DNA from: an uncultured archaeon
GTDB lineage: Archaea; Thermoplasmatota; Thermoplasmata; Thermoplasmatales; Thermoplasmataceae
DNA: 64,000 bases
Assembly: GCA_000965745.1 (NCBI GenBank)
Contig: CP009479.1
Span: forward strand, 380,457 to 444,456
Reading direction: 5' to 3'
The notes under the pieces are model-generated. The model had not been told where the DNA came from, searched no databases, and was given only the letters and a program-made list of their open reading frames with translations. Each line of letters opens with the position of its first letter. Positions within the stretch are counted from its first letter, which is position 1. This document shows, piece by piece, positions 63,822 to 64,000 of this stretch. The translations under genes were made by a program, and so were the position numbers.

Positions 63822-64000
63822 TCCATGAATTTAATCCCAAAAACACCTATAATCCTTTGCCTCTCCTGGCTTTAAAATTCATAAGGCTTCATTGCCTGAT
63901 TCTCCGATGAGGTAAGACACACGTTGAATATGATGAGGCGAAACTGTTATTTTCGTCTGCAAGTTGAGCAATTTATGAGCGTACCCCTCAACAGAGTTGA

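Overview
Archaeal chromosomal segment. The evidence is RFC small subunit, Hef-type helicase, Orc1/Cdc6, Dph2, a thiolase + DUF35 pair, an A24 prepilin/preflagellin peptidase, a two-subunit 2-oxoacid:ferredoxin oxidoreductase, and a tRNA without encoded CCA. It looks euryarchaeal, possibly Thermoplasmata-like, but the taxon cannot be fixed without a database search. Three blocks: (1) 1-9.8 kb is housekeeping: thiolase/DUF35, ogt, CPBP protease, purN, rfcS, hef, two tandem paralogous membrane proteins and an esterase. (2) 9.8-30.2 kb is an accessory island inserted at tRNA-Ala(CGC), bounded by four copies (exact to degenerate) of the tRNA 3' end. The first unit (~17.5 kb) is a plasmid-like integrated element. 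It carries a tyrosine integrase, a membrane protein + HerA/FtsK-like ATPase, a parA partition locus with GTTAAC repeats, a serine recombinase, orc1/cdc6 with an adjacent origin-like region, a Type III R-M system, a Phd-like/zinc-ribbon pair, a GC-rich repeat- and stem-rich non-coding island, and a DGQHR (DndB-like) + AlbA_2/Schlafen-like gene pair. Two decayed units follow: a VapBC cassette, then a DUF234-type ATPase with an orphan RHH protein. (3) 30.2-64 kb is chromosomal. It holds two very large paralogous N-anchored PKD + family-5 solute-binding glycoprotein candidates, one of them next to an Opp/Dpp-type ABC operon whose ATPases carry big insertions. It also holds a MIT-AAA (Vps4-like) / PH-like / zinc-ribbon / ESCRT-III-like cluster, assorted metabolism (hutI, dph2, MiaB-like MTTase, Lrp, aspartase/fumarase, OFOR alpha/beta, YjbQ, PaiB, MBL, HIBADH), and a radical SAM/GNAT/wHTH group. 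No rRNA or CRISPR array was seen. The best candidates for something undescribed are the non-coding island plus DGQHR/AlbA_2 module at the cargo end of the integrated element, and the ESCRT-like cluster. All functional calls rest on motif recognition by eye and need profile searches.
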